Positions 11,805-23,949 are shown, numbered from the whole stretch's first letter. The stretch is 53,438 bases of DNA, filler included, from Bipalium vagum (GCA_037834085.1; 3 parts of 3 records of this genome joined end to end with filler, not necessarily neighbours in it), one strand, 5' to 3'. Translations and numbers: made by a program. The notes: generated by a model not told the origin, from the sequence alone.

Positions 11805-13689
11805 TATATATAAATTATCCCATATTTCACATTCTTGAACGTAATCTTTTCACAGAATATTTTGTCAATAAATATTGGACAATGCAAATCGAAGCTATTA
11901 AAGACAAATAAATCTGAACTTTATCTCTTAAAATGTCATTAAAGTTAATAATCCTGAAGACCCAACTAAAAAATAAATTAATTTGAAAATGAAAATAATG
12001 TCAAAATTGGGACAAAGTTGGAGATGGGTAATTTTCTCATCACAAATGGAAAATAAATCTCATAATTATCATACTACTGAAATTTATTCCTGCTGAAATT
12101 TATTAAAAAATGTTCTTCAAATTAATTTAATAAATAACTTAATTGGTCTGAGTCATAATTTCTTCATTTTATCTTTTTGCGATTAATGTAAAATTTTATG
12201 GTTCAGTATTAAAAGTATCCCTATAAGATTTAGATGTAATTTTCAATTTAAATAAATGCGCTAATATGTTTATTTAAACAAAACTCACAAATATAATTTG
12301 ATAAATAAATATCAATGATATCAAATTTTTAAGAGTGATTATTTAAAATATTTTTTTTGATAAAAAATTAAACTATCAAAATCACGGAAACTTTTGATAC
12401 AAGCTAAAATTTTATTATAATCTATAAATATAATTCCAATTGTTCCATGGTTGGAATTCGACTTCGGAATCCGAAGGTTTGATTATTTTGAATTTGTGGT
12501 GACATTAATTAATTTTTAAAAACCCTTAGACTTGAGTATTGCAAATCAATAAATAATAATAATAACTATTTATTTTAATGAAAGCACGTTAATTTTCCCT
12601 TGTAAAACAAAATATACGTAATTTGAATATAATATAAAATTTATAAAAATTATAATAATTAATTAAATACAATTAATTATTAAATAATATATATATCATT
12701 GTTATTGAAACTATTATAAAATATTTAATATTTTTTTTATTTTCCATTATAAAAATTCTGAATTAATTTAAATTAATTTTTTATAAATATTTTTTTTAAT
12801 TTATTTTTTATTTTAATTAATTTATTTAAAATATTTAAAATTTATCTTGTCATTTATATAAATTTTTAATATTTTAACTAATAATTTTGAAAAAATAACA
12901 ATATTAATTGTTCTAAAACAAAAATATAATTTAATAAAATCACATCAGAATCGTAAAAACTAAAAATGACTGAAATTTTCATAATTAAAACATTTTTATT
13001 TTTGAAAAGTTTTTTTTATGGAAATGGTTTTGTCTGAAGTCTTAGATTATTATTATTCTCCTTTTATTATATTTTAAATCTATTTTGAATAATAATTTGC
13101 GTATGACTATAAAATGAATATTTCACATATTAAAATAATAATAATATTACTAAGGATTCTCATAATATAAAAAATGATCATTAACAATCTTTAGTTTTTT
13201 TATCTCTATTTTTCTAATTTTTTTTCATTAACTTCCATTAATAACACTAATTATACTTGCAAGACGCTAAGGACACGCTGTTCATAACTTTGTTTATAAT
13301 TATAAAATAATAATTCTGATAATAATTATAGAAATATATAAATATATATATTTAACTACCTTTCTTCTTTCTGTAGTTTCCGAAATTTATTTTGCTTTTC
13401 TAATAGGAAAACTCTTTTCTACAAGTTACGTTTGTTTAATATATTATATTTTTACCTATATTTTTTATTCCGTAGAAAAATATTTGTTTTATAATATTAA
13501 ATAAATATTTTTTAATGTAATAAATCTCTAACATTATGTTCTTATCAGATTGGTGAGTATGATTCAATCGTGTGGTACTTATTGTGTAATTATGTTTTGA
13601 ATAAAAAAATGTCCATTTTGTTGTTTTTTAAAATTACTGTCTAATCTAACATTTTTCATTTAAAACGTTTTATTTAGACTACGACATTA

Positions 13690-14550
13690 ATCGACATCAT
13701 AAAATTGATTATCTTCTTCGATTTGATTGGATTCGGATATTTTCATACCCTTAATTGTATGGATCTGTTTTTGATTTTTATAATATTTTTTCTCCTTTCT
13801 CCACGAACTTATCAGGAACAAGTTAACATGAGGAAAACAATCAGTGAGGACAACAGGGTATATTCTGTTTTTGGTATGTGACCATCAATGTTAATATTTA
13901 GCCAGATATATTACTACACTAAACAATATACACATGTTCCCATAAATTAACAACCCCACGTTTTTTATATAAAACTGAATTATACTAATCAAAATGATAT
14001 GTTTTAATAACTGTTCCAAAATAACCTTTGATAATTCTAGATAACATACCAAAATTAAAATGCGCAAAGAAAATTTTATTTGAATTAGTATCAAAAACAG
14101 ACAAACTGTCCAAAATCTTTTCATCAAAAGTATGATAGCAAGAATATTAATGTCCACAGTGAACTCCACTTTTTGCGTGCATTTTGGAAATTCTTTTTTC
14201 GACATTTTTCACCAGAGTTATCATGCCACATTGTTCAATACAGATTCTTAATTCAGTGATATTTAATGGATTTTGGTCACTTTTTCATTTCTTCAATATG
14301 TTAAGATTCAAAGTATTTTCAGAGTTTTATATTTAGTATTTTAGTTGACGAAATTTTCGGTCGAAAAATATCATTTGCCGGAAGTTAACTTTTCATGTTC
14401 AGTTTGAAGAAAAATGATATCATTGCACATAAATCATTTAAAGCAAACTATTGTAACTGGTTTCAGAGATTGCGAATCGAAGACGTCAAAGGCAAGCAGC
14501 ATGGAAAATTCTCAACAATATTGAAGGACAATGAACTGCAAATCGATTCT
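13690..14550 (-). pseudogene. Decayed coding region, possibly PLAT/LH2-repeat (LOXHD1/polycystin-like)
   Basis: Minus-strand fragments in shifting frames: FDVFDSQSLKPVTIVCFK*F, ELRIC/WHDNSG (14228-14211), LSVFDTNSNKIFF and WLNINIDGHI. Many stops. Confidence 0.3.
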
Positions 14551-15124
14551 TTAAAACATATTGATTTTAATATAGCATAATAAATGAAAACCAAATTAAT
14601 TATTTTCCTTTATTGATATTATTATTTTATTATTTAACGTCAGTTTTTAGATAATTTTTTTATTTCCTTAATCAAATTGAAAATCATAATGCAACATTAG
14701 GCTGATGCTCAACCAATTTGAACTTTGTTAAGATAAATAAAATTTGATTTAAAATATAATATAATTCTTTTTAAATTATTTTTTTTTCGAAAGAATCAAT
14801 CATCCGTAAATCATTATTCATTTTCTCTTCTATGTCTAATGAAAATGCAAAATATTACATAGAATCATTTACCAGATTTATTGTTTTGGAAAATATTGGA
14901 TATTAACAAAACCAATCGACTTTATATTTAAAATATAATTCACTTTATAATTATATATTAGCATATTATTTTGATAAGCCTTTTATCTGTTATAACAGAG
15001 ATAATATATAAAAATATATTGCAATTATTAAATATTAATAACTAATATATTTTAGTTATAATTAATATATTTATATTGTAATAATTATAATAATAATTAT
15101 AATAATAATATTATTAGTAAATAT

Positions 15125-15448
15125 AGCGGTCAGAGCAGTGCATGCGCATGTGAAGGTCCCGGGTTCGAATCCCGGTATCTCCGATTAATTTTCACTAACA
15201 TGGCGATCACACCAGGACACAGACCAGCGGACGAGATCTCTAAAGTGATAAAGTAAAATGAATGGAATGGAAATTGAAATAAAGAGACTCGGGCGGTCAA
15301 GGTATGGATGTGAGCTTTAAAGGAGGGCGATGTGAGATAAATTGAAAGTTAGTCGGGGGATGTAGCTCAGTGGTCAGAGCAGTGCATGCGCATGTGAAGG
15401 TCCCGCGTTCGAATCCCGGTATCTCCGATAAATTTTCAATTTATCACA
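15125..15448 (+). mobile_element. TRIM (miniature LTR retroelement) with tRNA-derived LTRs, Helenus-like
   Basis: 5'-truncated LTR 15125-15200 ending CA; PBS TGGCGATCACACCAGGAC at 15201; 130-nt non-coding interior; PPT AAAGGAGGGCGA at 15319-15330; full LTR 15331-15448 (TGTGA...TCACA) containing a tRNA-like cassette. Confidence 0.85.
15356..15427 (+). pseudogene. tRNA-Ala(CGC)-derived sequence inside the LTR (partial second copy 15125-15183)
   Basis: Acceptor stem GGGGATG/TATCTCC with G3:U70, D-arm GCTC/GAGC, A box TAGCTCAGTGG, B box GTTCGAATC. The anticodon stem does not pair and the loop is TGCGCAT, so it is not a functional tRNA. Confidence 0.85.
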
Positions 15449-15459
15449 CGTCTCTCTCT

Positions 15460-15950
15460 TTTACAAAATTAAAAAGATTCATCATAATAAAGCATAAAGA
15501 TGATAACATTACCTTCTGGCCTGACTTAGCAAGTTGCCACTACTCACATAAAGACATTGCCATGGTTAGAAGATAATAACATTCAATATGTATCAAAAGT
15601 TTAGAATCCACCAAATATTCTCAAAGCTCGTCCAATTGAAGTTTTTTGAGCTATATTGTGTTCAACAGTTCACAAAAATGGTTGGGAAGACAAATCAAAG
15701 AAACAGTTGATAAAAAAATTAAAAATTCCATAAAGAAAATTGATATGAAGTCCCTCCAAGCAATGATTTCAGATATCAAAAGAAAGATTTGCAAAATCGA
15801 AGTTGAAGGTCCTTTAGCCTTATATAAAAGAGGACATTATTCTCTAGAAATATGTTATTTTATGACTCCGAAATATTGTTGAATAAATTTATTATAAAGA
15901 CTAGTATTTCATCATTCATTTTTGTGCATCTACTTTATTGGCAAATGCTA
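15460..15950 (+). mobile_element. DD37E (ITmD37E-type) transposase 3' remnant
   Basis: FWPDLASCHY, WLEDNNIQYV and NPPNILKARPIE motifs, with frameshifts. Confidence 0.8.
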
Positions 15951-16539
15951 TTATGAGATAGGGAACATAAAGTATATTAGAGACATAATAACACTTCCAT
16001 AGATATAAGAGGAGGAAAAGGATATTATAGTAAATTATTCAATACCTTTCTTTGAAGACCCCAAGATAAGGATGGGTATTAATAATAATAGTATTAATAA
16101 TTTTTAGGTGTTACATAAGGATGAAAAAGTTAAGACATCTTTACAAAAAAATATTTTCTTATGATGAAAATTAATTCCTTTAAATTTTTTAACTAAACTG
16201 CATCATTTCTATACAATGTCTCAAAAATATCCTCCAAAATTGAAGAACAAGACAAATATATAATGCTGTCCAAAAATAATGTCATGTTTTTAATCTACTG
16301 AAATGAAATCTACTTAATGAAGTCGCACTGAAACTCAAACTGTCTTATACGAATTTCCAATCATAAATATCTGATTTTGAATTAAATCGACCTTTTCCGA
16401 TTAATTAAACAAAATAAAATATTTTAAATTTCATATTGGATCATTATTAAATCATTTTTGTAAAAATATTAATTATGTTGAACACAATGTTCAGAAAAAT
16501 CACCATGTCTTAAACGAATGTCCATTGTATTTGACCTAC

Positions 16540-16631
16540 AGTGCCGTCCAAAATATTAGCAATTTTTTAAATTAATACATTAAACAGTTTTTATGTATGT
16601 ATTTTTTAAGCAAACAAATTTTATATGTTAA
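16540..16631 (+). mobile_element. Tc1-like left end abutting the gap
   Basis: TA+CAGTGCCGTCCAAAATATTAGCA. Confidence 0.45.
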
Positions 16632-16731
16632 NNNNNNNNNNNNNNNNNNNNNNNNNNNNNNNNNNNNNNNNNNNNTTAATTAATTAANNNNNNNNNNNNN
16701 NNNNNNNNNNNNNNNNNNNNNNNNNNNNNNN
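16632..16731. other. Artificial scaffold join: N44-TTAATTAATTAA-N44
   Basis: Exactly 100 nt, with a six-frame stop linker; identical structure at 37353-37452. Confidence 0.95.
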
Positions 16732-19700
16732 TATATAATTACCAATTGATCAATGTTATTCATAAGACAAAACCTACAATAAAATTATTTACCGACGTAT
16801 TAAAACAAAAACATTAATTAATCAATTAATTGTTTTAATAATAATTTAAAATAATTAATAATTCAAAATCAATTTACAATTTACTTGAATGTTGCTTATC
16901 TCTGAAGTGCTAATTACACATTCATGTACTTTCTTTGTCGTTTTCTAGAATTATTGAACGTTGATTGTCAATATTGAACGAGATGTTTATCATTCAATAA
17001 TGCAAATTAGTACTAAATGTTCAGTTGTGTTTTAAATGCATCAATTTTTGTTATTTATTAAATTTAAGTGTTATAAATTGAAATCAATATTTATCACTTA
17101 TTTGATAACCGGCAAAAACTGTCTTCAATGACAAAAAATTCGCATTCAGCACTCCATCACATAGTGTACTGTCAAAATACTGTGATCGACATTACTCGTT
17201 TAAAATAACAGAGAGAAAGATGCATATTGCAATTATTTGAAACCCGCTCAAGACAGACCTATAAAAACGATCAACACTGACAAATATGAATCAATAATTC
17301 TACAGTTTCTCATTATGCGATATTAACCAAGTATAATTTAAATGATACAAAAAACATCTGAATTTGTTATCCTTCGGAAGCTATGATAATCATTGTCTTT
17401 ATTAATATATTTAAACTTAATTAATTGATTAATTTCTCCGGATAATAATGATAATAAACTTCATATGACAAGTTACTATATTCAAAATTGGTATTATAAA
17501 AAACCCTGCACTCATTTTGAAATATCCTAAATAATAATAATGTCTTTTAACATATTTCTGCAAAATCAAACGACCAAGTACGGGCCTGTTGAGCGGAACC
17601 GGGTGATAGGTCATGTAACACTTTACTCGGTAAAAAAGACTAATAATTTAGAAAATGAAAGTTTCATAGAAGACAATTAAAAGTAGGAATTTGTAAAGGA
17701 CAATAATGAAAATTGCAAAACTAATGAAAAGAATAATAAATATCGACCAAGTAGACAAACACATCCATTATTAAATAACACGTGTAGATTATAATAATTT
17801 CATGTTAAAAAATTGAAAATATTCCTGAAACCCATACAATCTATATAACGAACGCTATTGATAAATTGATGTCTATTGTAAAGAAACAAAAAGCCTTATA
17901 TTAAAAGATGAGATCAGTTCTGAAAGTTCACAATACAATAAAAAACGTGTACTGCACATCAGATGTGATAACCATTCTATTTAATAATGACCATGTCAAC
18001 TTCGTCATCAGTCTCTATGGTATTGACTTTAACATCACTTTGATCCGAAATGTACAATTCTAAATTATCCTTTCTACGAGGTGAGAAATTTCGCAATTCA
18101 AAAGAACTGGGACAGCAACAGAAAATATTTACAATTGGTACCAATATTGAAACCAACGAATTCTATTCTCATCCATTAACCAACAAGTGTAACACAAAAC
18201 GTCAATAATTCACTACCACAAAAATGGAAACCAATTCTCATTTGTGTGCAAATTCAACTGCACAGTGAATAATTTTAAGCAAACTTAAATGAATGTCTTA
18301 ATTGTTATCGCGTTACGATCAAATTGGTAATAACTGCGAAAATAAACGAAAATTCTCATTTTCTGAAAATTGAGTGATTCTCAAAAAATAAAATATTTTA
18401 AAAATATTTTTCTCCACCTACATATTATTAAAATGGAAAAAACAAAAACCTAATAAGTCTGAAAAGAAATAATAGATATCGATCAATCTCTCAATCGAAA
18501 CGTCATCATTACTTCATAACTAAATCGTAATTAAACTTTTAGTGATAAAATGATTAAATTCTGATTAAGAACAATTATGTGCATTACAGCACGGATACAT
18601 CGCATTCAGTTAAAGCAGACCCTTCGATAACAATTTTCGTATACGTTATTGATAACCATTACTTTAACGATATAAGTAAAAAACGTAACAATAAAATAAC
18701 AAAAGAGTGTTAGACTCTGTACGAATTCTGTGCCAATAACAACACTGAAAATGGACGTAATAATTATGCCAAATAGTATACACAAAAAATTGAACCTGAT
18801 GTAAAAATTCTGAAAAATCATTGATTTTTATCATTTAGATTTACTACCTGCACAACTCGTGCAGTACATTTAATAAAAACTGAAAGGGTGAATGAATTTC
18901 GATAAATTTTCAATGCAATGTTTATTTCACTGAAATAAAAAACCTATCATGTCACCATTGGCTTTGGTTTAAATTAAGCTAAATCTAATTCTTAGAATTT
19001 TTACATCGTACCATCATTATATATCGTCGGCAAATTGTCGATTTTTCAAGCAGATAGCACATCGAGACATGCCAAGTGAAAAATCTAGTCCATCTGTTCA
19101 ATTACCTATTGCAAGGAAGTGATTGAAAAATAACAAAATCTCTTTAAATGGAAACCATAACGAAACTTTGCAATTTTAAAAATTATTGATTTCGATGTCT
19201 CTTAAAGAACAACTATCATAGGCGTTTTGAATTTACAGATACCAATTATTGTTTTTTTAATAAATTAAATTAAAGTTGTCCTTCAGATCAATAAGAAATG
19301 ACGAATAAATCAATGCACATACAAAAAACAAAGTAAAAGTTAACTGTTTCTAAAACTACAATATTTTTGCTCAGTTTCTTATTAAAATTTTGGGAAAAAG
19401 CAAAAAACGAGTGAAAATTTTTGAGATCAACCAAAGAAAAAAAATTTAGTTCTTTATTATTAAATTTATGACTTTTATTATTATTTTAATGACTTTATAT
19501 CAATTGCATTATTATAAAGAAATGATCAGGAAAATGAAAAATATAAGAAATCAATTTCAACAATCAACAATTTAATACAATATATTTGCGGAACCTCTCA
19601 ATTTTAATCAGTAATATTAAATTGAGATATAATTGAAAAAAATCTGCTTGCAATGTGAAAATTAATTTTTAAAAATTACAATATTAAATGTATAAAATAA

Positions 19701-20055
19701 AGTAAAATTGATTCGTAATTTTAATCAAAATAAAATCTTCGTAAAGTGAAGTAATAAGAAATCAATAATACAACTGTCATAGTAATTTTACTATTGGTGT
19801 AAGATTATTTGAAGTGGGCTATTAAAAATAAAGTCTATTACTTACCATTTGTGATCGATTTATTAATATTTTTTAATGTTTGAAAATAAAAATAATTTTA
19901 ATGACCGGTAATAGCTGAACAAAAATTATTCTAATTTATCCTGGTCAATTATGAATGATACTATGTAATTATAGAGATTCATTTATGTGACAGAAGTATG
20001 AACTGAGGTTTCTATATATAAACGGAAATTAATAATAATAATAATAATAATTATA

Positions 20056-20110
<55 letters not shown>

Positions 20111-21071
20111 CATTAAAAATTTGGCGCCGACTGATATATTTAAAATTATTAAAGACTAAAACTAAAGATTTGTTTATAAAAATTAATTATAAAATCCATC
20201 TTTTCATTATCATTTTCTTAAAAAAGTTTTATTCTGTAAAGAATTAATTAAAGAAACGACCTGAATAAGGAATATTGGATGTTATAAAATCTGCGTAATG
20301 AAGACTAAGAAAAATAAAGTTTTAAAATATTAACTTTATTATTTTAAATTATCAAAGCCAGACAAAAAATGTTTGTAAATGTTTCATGTAATATAACGTC
20401 ACACTTCAGAGTTCAATAGCCCATTATTATACATATAATGATCAAAATATTATTAATATTATTATTACTAGCATTTTTTTATTATTGATTATTATCTTTA
20501 CTGTTACTACTATAATAAAATATTACTGTTATCACTAATTGTTAGTGATAGCACTTCTATTATAGATGCCACTACTATTCATATTACTATTGATTATTAA
20601 AAAATTTCTACCATCATAAGCCATGAATTGATATCGTGAAATAACCCAGATTAACTATACTCATTAATATTTAATTTTTTTAACGGAAATTATTAACTAA
20701 CAAATCGAAAAATATATAATGATAAAAATACCAATAATAATAAAAATATTTCCACACAAAAAGATAATTTGAAAAAAATTCACAAAAGATGCACAACAGA
20801 AAATTATTTTCTATTTCAGTGCGAATATTTCTATTTATCATGGTGCATTTTGAAACTGCACTATGAAACACCACTTTTTGAAAATCAATTTATAACAAAA
20901 TTCTTTTCGCAATAATCTCTCTATAAAAATTATTTAGACATATCCAATAACGATCAATCATAATCTGAACACAATGCTTTCTATTTACAATAAATAATCG
21001 ACCAAATTTATTAAATATCAAATACAAAAGGGTTTTTAGAGGAAAAGAAAAATGAAGCGAAAAATAATTAC

Positions 21072-23949
21072 CATCGTGAAACGTTGATCCGGGACGCTTT
21101 GTTTTGCTTTGGATGGCATTTGAAAATATTGTTGCGCCCGTCGAAGAAAATCCGAGATCCGTACCGGCTGAAATAACATTGGCCGAAAACGAATCCTTGA
21201 AATCTTTGCAACCCAGACATCCGATCATTAGCGATCCAGATATCGAACTGAGGGTTGGGACAGCGCTCTGTTTATTGATTGGATGCGCGAACTTGTTTTT
21301 TGTTGGGTTTTTAATTTGATCCTCAATTGGACGCATGATATCCACCAGAACAGGATCATTCAGAATTGGAGAATTATTAGGTAATTTTCCGCCCAATTTC
21401 TGGAGACTTTTCTGATACAAATAGGTTTTCTGATATGATTCTCGATAATTAGAAACGAGCTGAAAGGTAAAATAAGATCTGTTCATTTCCAGTGTAGATT
21501 TCAGTGCTTACATCGCGTTTCAAATTTTTGTCTGTTGTGGTTTTCGCGATCTTCAGACAGCTCATCATTACGGTTCGCTCAATGATACATCGATTTTTGA
21601 TGTTCATGATCTCCACTTCCAAATTGTCCTTGTCATATGTGGGACCTCGTTCACCAATCTCTACAGCCTTATTGTCAACGAGATCCTGGAAAGCAACAGA
21701 GAACGTGAAAAAAACCAGAATAAAATTATTCCAAATAAAAAAACTGTATAATAACAAATGATCTGAGAAAATGGAAAACAATGTGCAAGACCGAGGTTCG
21801 AGACTCAAGCCAAACAAAAAATAAAACTCGTTGATATCAAAAAATTATTATATTTTATCTATTAGTTATTGCTTCATTTCTTAACTTTTCGATTTCATTT
21901 GGTAAATATCGACACCCGTAACATAAGAGCTCATTCATCAAATTCAAGCATTAATTCTGAACGTGGAAAATTCATAAAAACAAATATCAATAATATGTGC
22001 TCGATAATTTTGAAAAAATTATTATAATCTGTCTGGGTCATGAACATTTTGTTTTTAGTATTGCAAAAATAAGAAAAAATCTTCGCAACTCCCTTAACTT
22101 TATTTTTTTGAAAAATATTTTTTCATTGCATTATTACTTTGAAAATATTATTTTTTTATACAAATTATCAGAATTTGTTAGATTTTCATAAATTTATGAT
22201 GCAATATATCTAGGAGATCAAAGAACTGAAAAAAGATCGTTAACTTAATTGGGGAATAGGTTTTTTTGTAAAAAAAACTGAAATTCCATCGAAAATCAAA
22301 TTTAAATTCTTAAAAAGTACCGAAACAATAAATACATCCGCTCAATCAATTAAGTTGAATGGAAATAGAAAATCTATTTGAGCATATTCAGGACTAAGTT
22401 AAAGATATAAACTTCAATATGAATATCACTCAAAACAAACCTGATAAGCAACTAGTAGGGTGTTCAGGAAGCACAAAGAGGGCAAAGAATCAGGCATTAT
22501 TCAAAAATGTGACAGTGAAATATACTCGAATCTCAATATCGATTGCCAATGGAATACATCGTAAAATCGTACAGAATTGAACTAAAAATGTGCATTTCAA
22601 TTTATCATGGAACGATAAATAGGAGAGAAATCGGAAAGTGTTGGAGAAACAAGACAATTTAACATTTAATAAAATGAAACAGCTTTTCGACTTTAAAATC
22701 TAAAAAATTTCCCTGGCCCTCCATACAACTGTAATCATCACTGAGATCACTCAAGTTCCAACTTCAAGTTCCGTAAATGTTTTGAGATAAATCTCACTCT
22801 TATTTTAGGAAATATAGATTATTTCTTCATCCAAATTGCGTGCCTTCATAAAAAGCCATCAGATAATTGGTTAATTTTTATTACCAACTTATAATTTTTA
22901 TTTGATACAATCAAATCTTATTTAAATTATATTGATTTAAAATCAAAAATTGATTTTAAGTAACTGAAATTCAAATATTAGAAAGTCGATAAACGAAAAA
23001 AAGGTGAAAGACTTTGACTCAGTTATCCATACTCATAAAATGCTTTAAAAATTTACTTCTCTCATAAAAACGCCACTTATCAGATAAATTTTAGTTTTGA
23101 TAGTACATTTCTTTGGTAATAAAATTCTTAATCGAATATTAACGAATAAATAATAATTACAAAAAAGACAGTTTTAACTAATAATTTTCATTAATGAAAC
23201 ATTCACATAATATTTTTAGATCGGTTAGAGTGACCCTCTCCGATCACAGTGATATTAAACCACATCAAAAAACACAGAAAAATTGCTTTAATAAAAATCG
23301 AATTTTACATATTAGACAAACTTTTGTTGGATGTTTCAAGCGACTAATTTGGTTTTCAATAAATCTGATTTTAGTTTGGGATTCATCAAATAATCTCTTT
23401 GTTTCTTCTTTTTGCTTACCTCTCAGGAGATTTAGAAGTCTTTCTGCTCCATTGCGCACCTTAAAAGTGATGTAGTTAACGATAAAATATTGACACATGA
23501 AAGCTATCTGTACCGATATTTCAATTTCCAGTCGATGTTGAAGGTCTTTCAAACAAGTTTCAAAATTCAAAGCATTTGGGTTGATGTCTTCAACTGGTTA
23601 TATAGTCAATTTATCAAACCAAAACAGATTTTAAAATATTACCCTGGGGATTTTCATACTGCTTTAGAGCCAAAATATCATCTTCAAGATCTTCGATTTT
23701 ATTTTTGTAATCACTAATTTCATTATTTAACGTTTTAGACATTGTACTATATTGTCTGTCATCGTATGGAGGAGCAAAACTAGCAGCTAATGACATCTTT
23801 TGAATTGCTGCTTTCGACTTAAAGCACTTATTGAGCTCCATTCTATAATCCCCAATTTTATTCTCGAGTGCTTCAATAACTTCATGGTATGTTTTATCTC
23901 TGGAGATTCCATACTTTTCAGTTATTTCAACTAAGACCAATGTTTCTTC
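21072..23949 (-). CDS. PKN: Protein kinase N (PKN/PRK)-like, partial: HR1a-c and start of C2
   Basis: Phase-consistent GT-AG exons 23949-23643, 23593-23514, 23459-23322, 21685-21512 and 21459-21072 (~362 aa). HR1b RLEIEISVRNGAERLL...ESQTKIRFIENQI; HR1c NLEVEIMNIKNRCIIE...ESYQK; C2 start SISGSLMIGCLGCKDF (PKN2 ALTGTLEVRLMGCQDI). First exon and kinase exons not found. Confidence 0.85.

Noticed and set aside
12433-12478. Adjacent small hairpins (AATTCCAA/TTGGAATT, CTTCGGAATCCGAAG) as a Helitron end
   Set aside because: No CTRR terminus at the expected distance and no second copy.
13690-14550. Alternative genetic code (stop reassignment) to explain in-frame stops
   Set aside because: INTS3, PKN and the homeobox gene have no internal stops, INTS3 and the homeobox gene use TGG for Trp and end in TGA/TAA; frameshifts here indicate decay.
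15356-15427. Functional tRNA-Ala gene or ordinary tRNA-SINE
   Set aside because: The anticodon stem is unpaired and U33 is missing; PBS, PPT and TG...CA ends indicate an LTR element, and there is no SINE tail.
16676-16687. TTAATTAATTAA palindrome inside N runs (also 37397-37408) as a biological motif
   Set aside because: Identical N44-linker-N44 structure twice, with stops in all six frames: an assembly spacer.
21104-21761. Plus-strand ORFs (21104, 21504; likewise 23194, 23490, 38366, 41528, 45683, 48539)
   Set aside because: Antisense shadows of real minus-strand exons.
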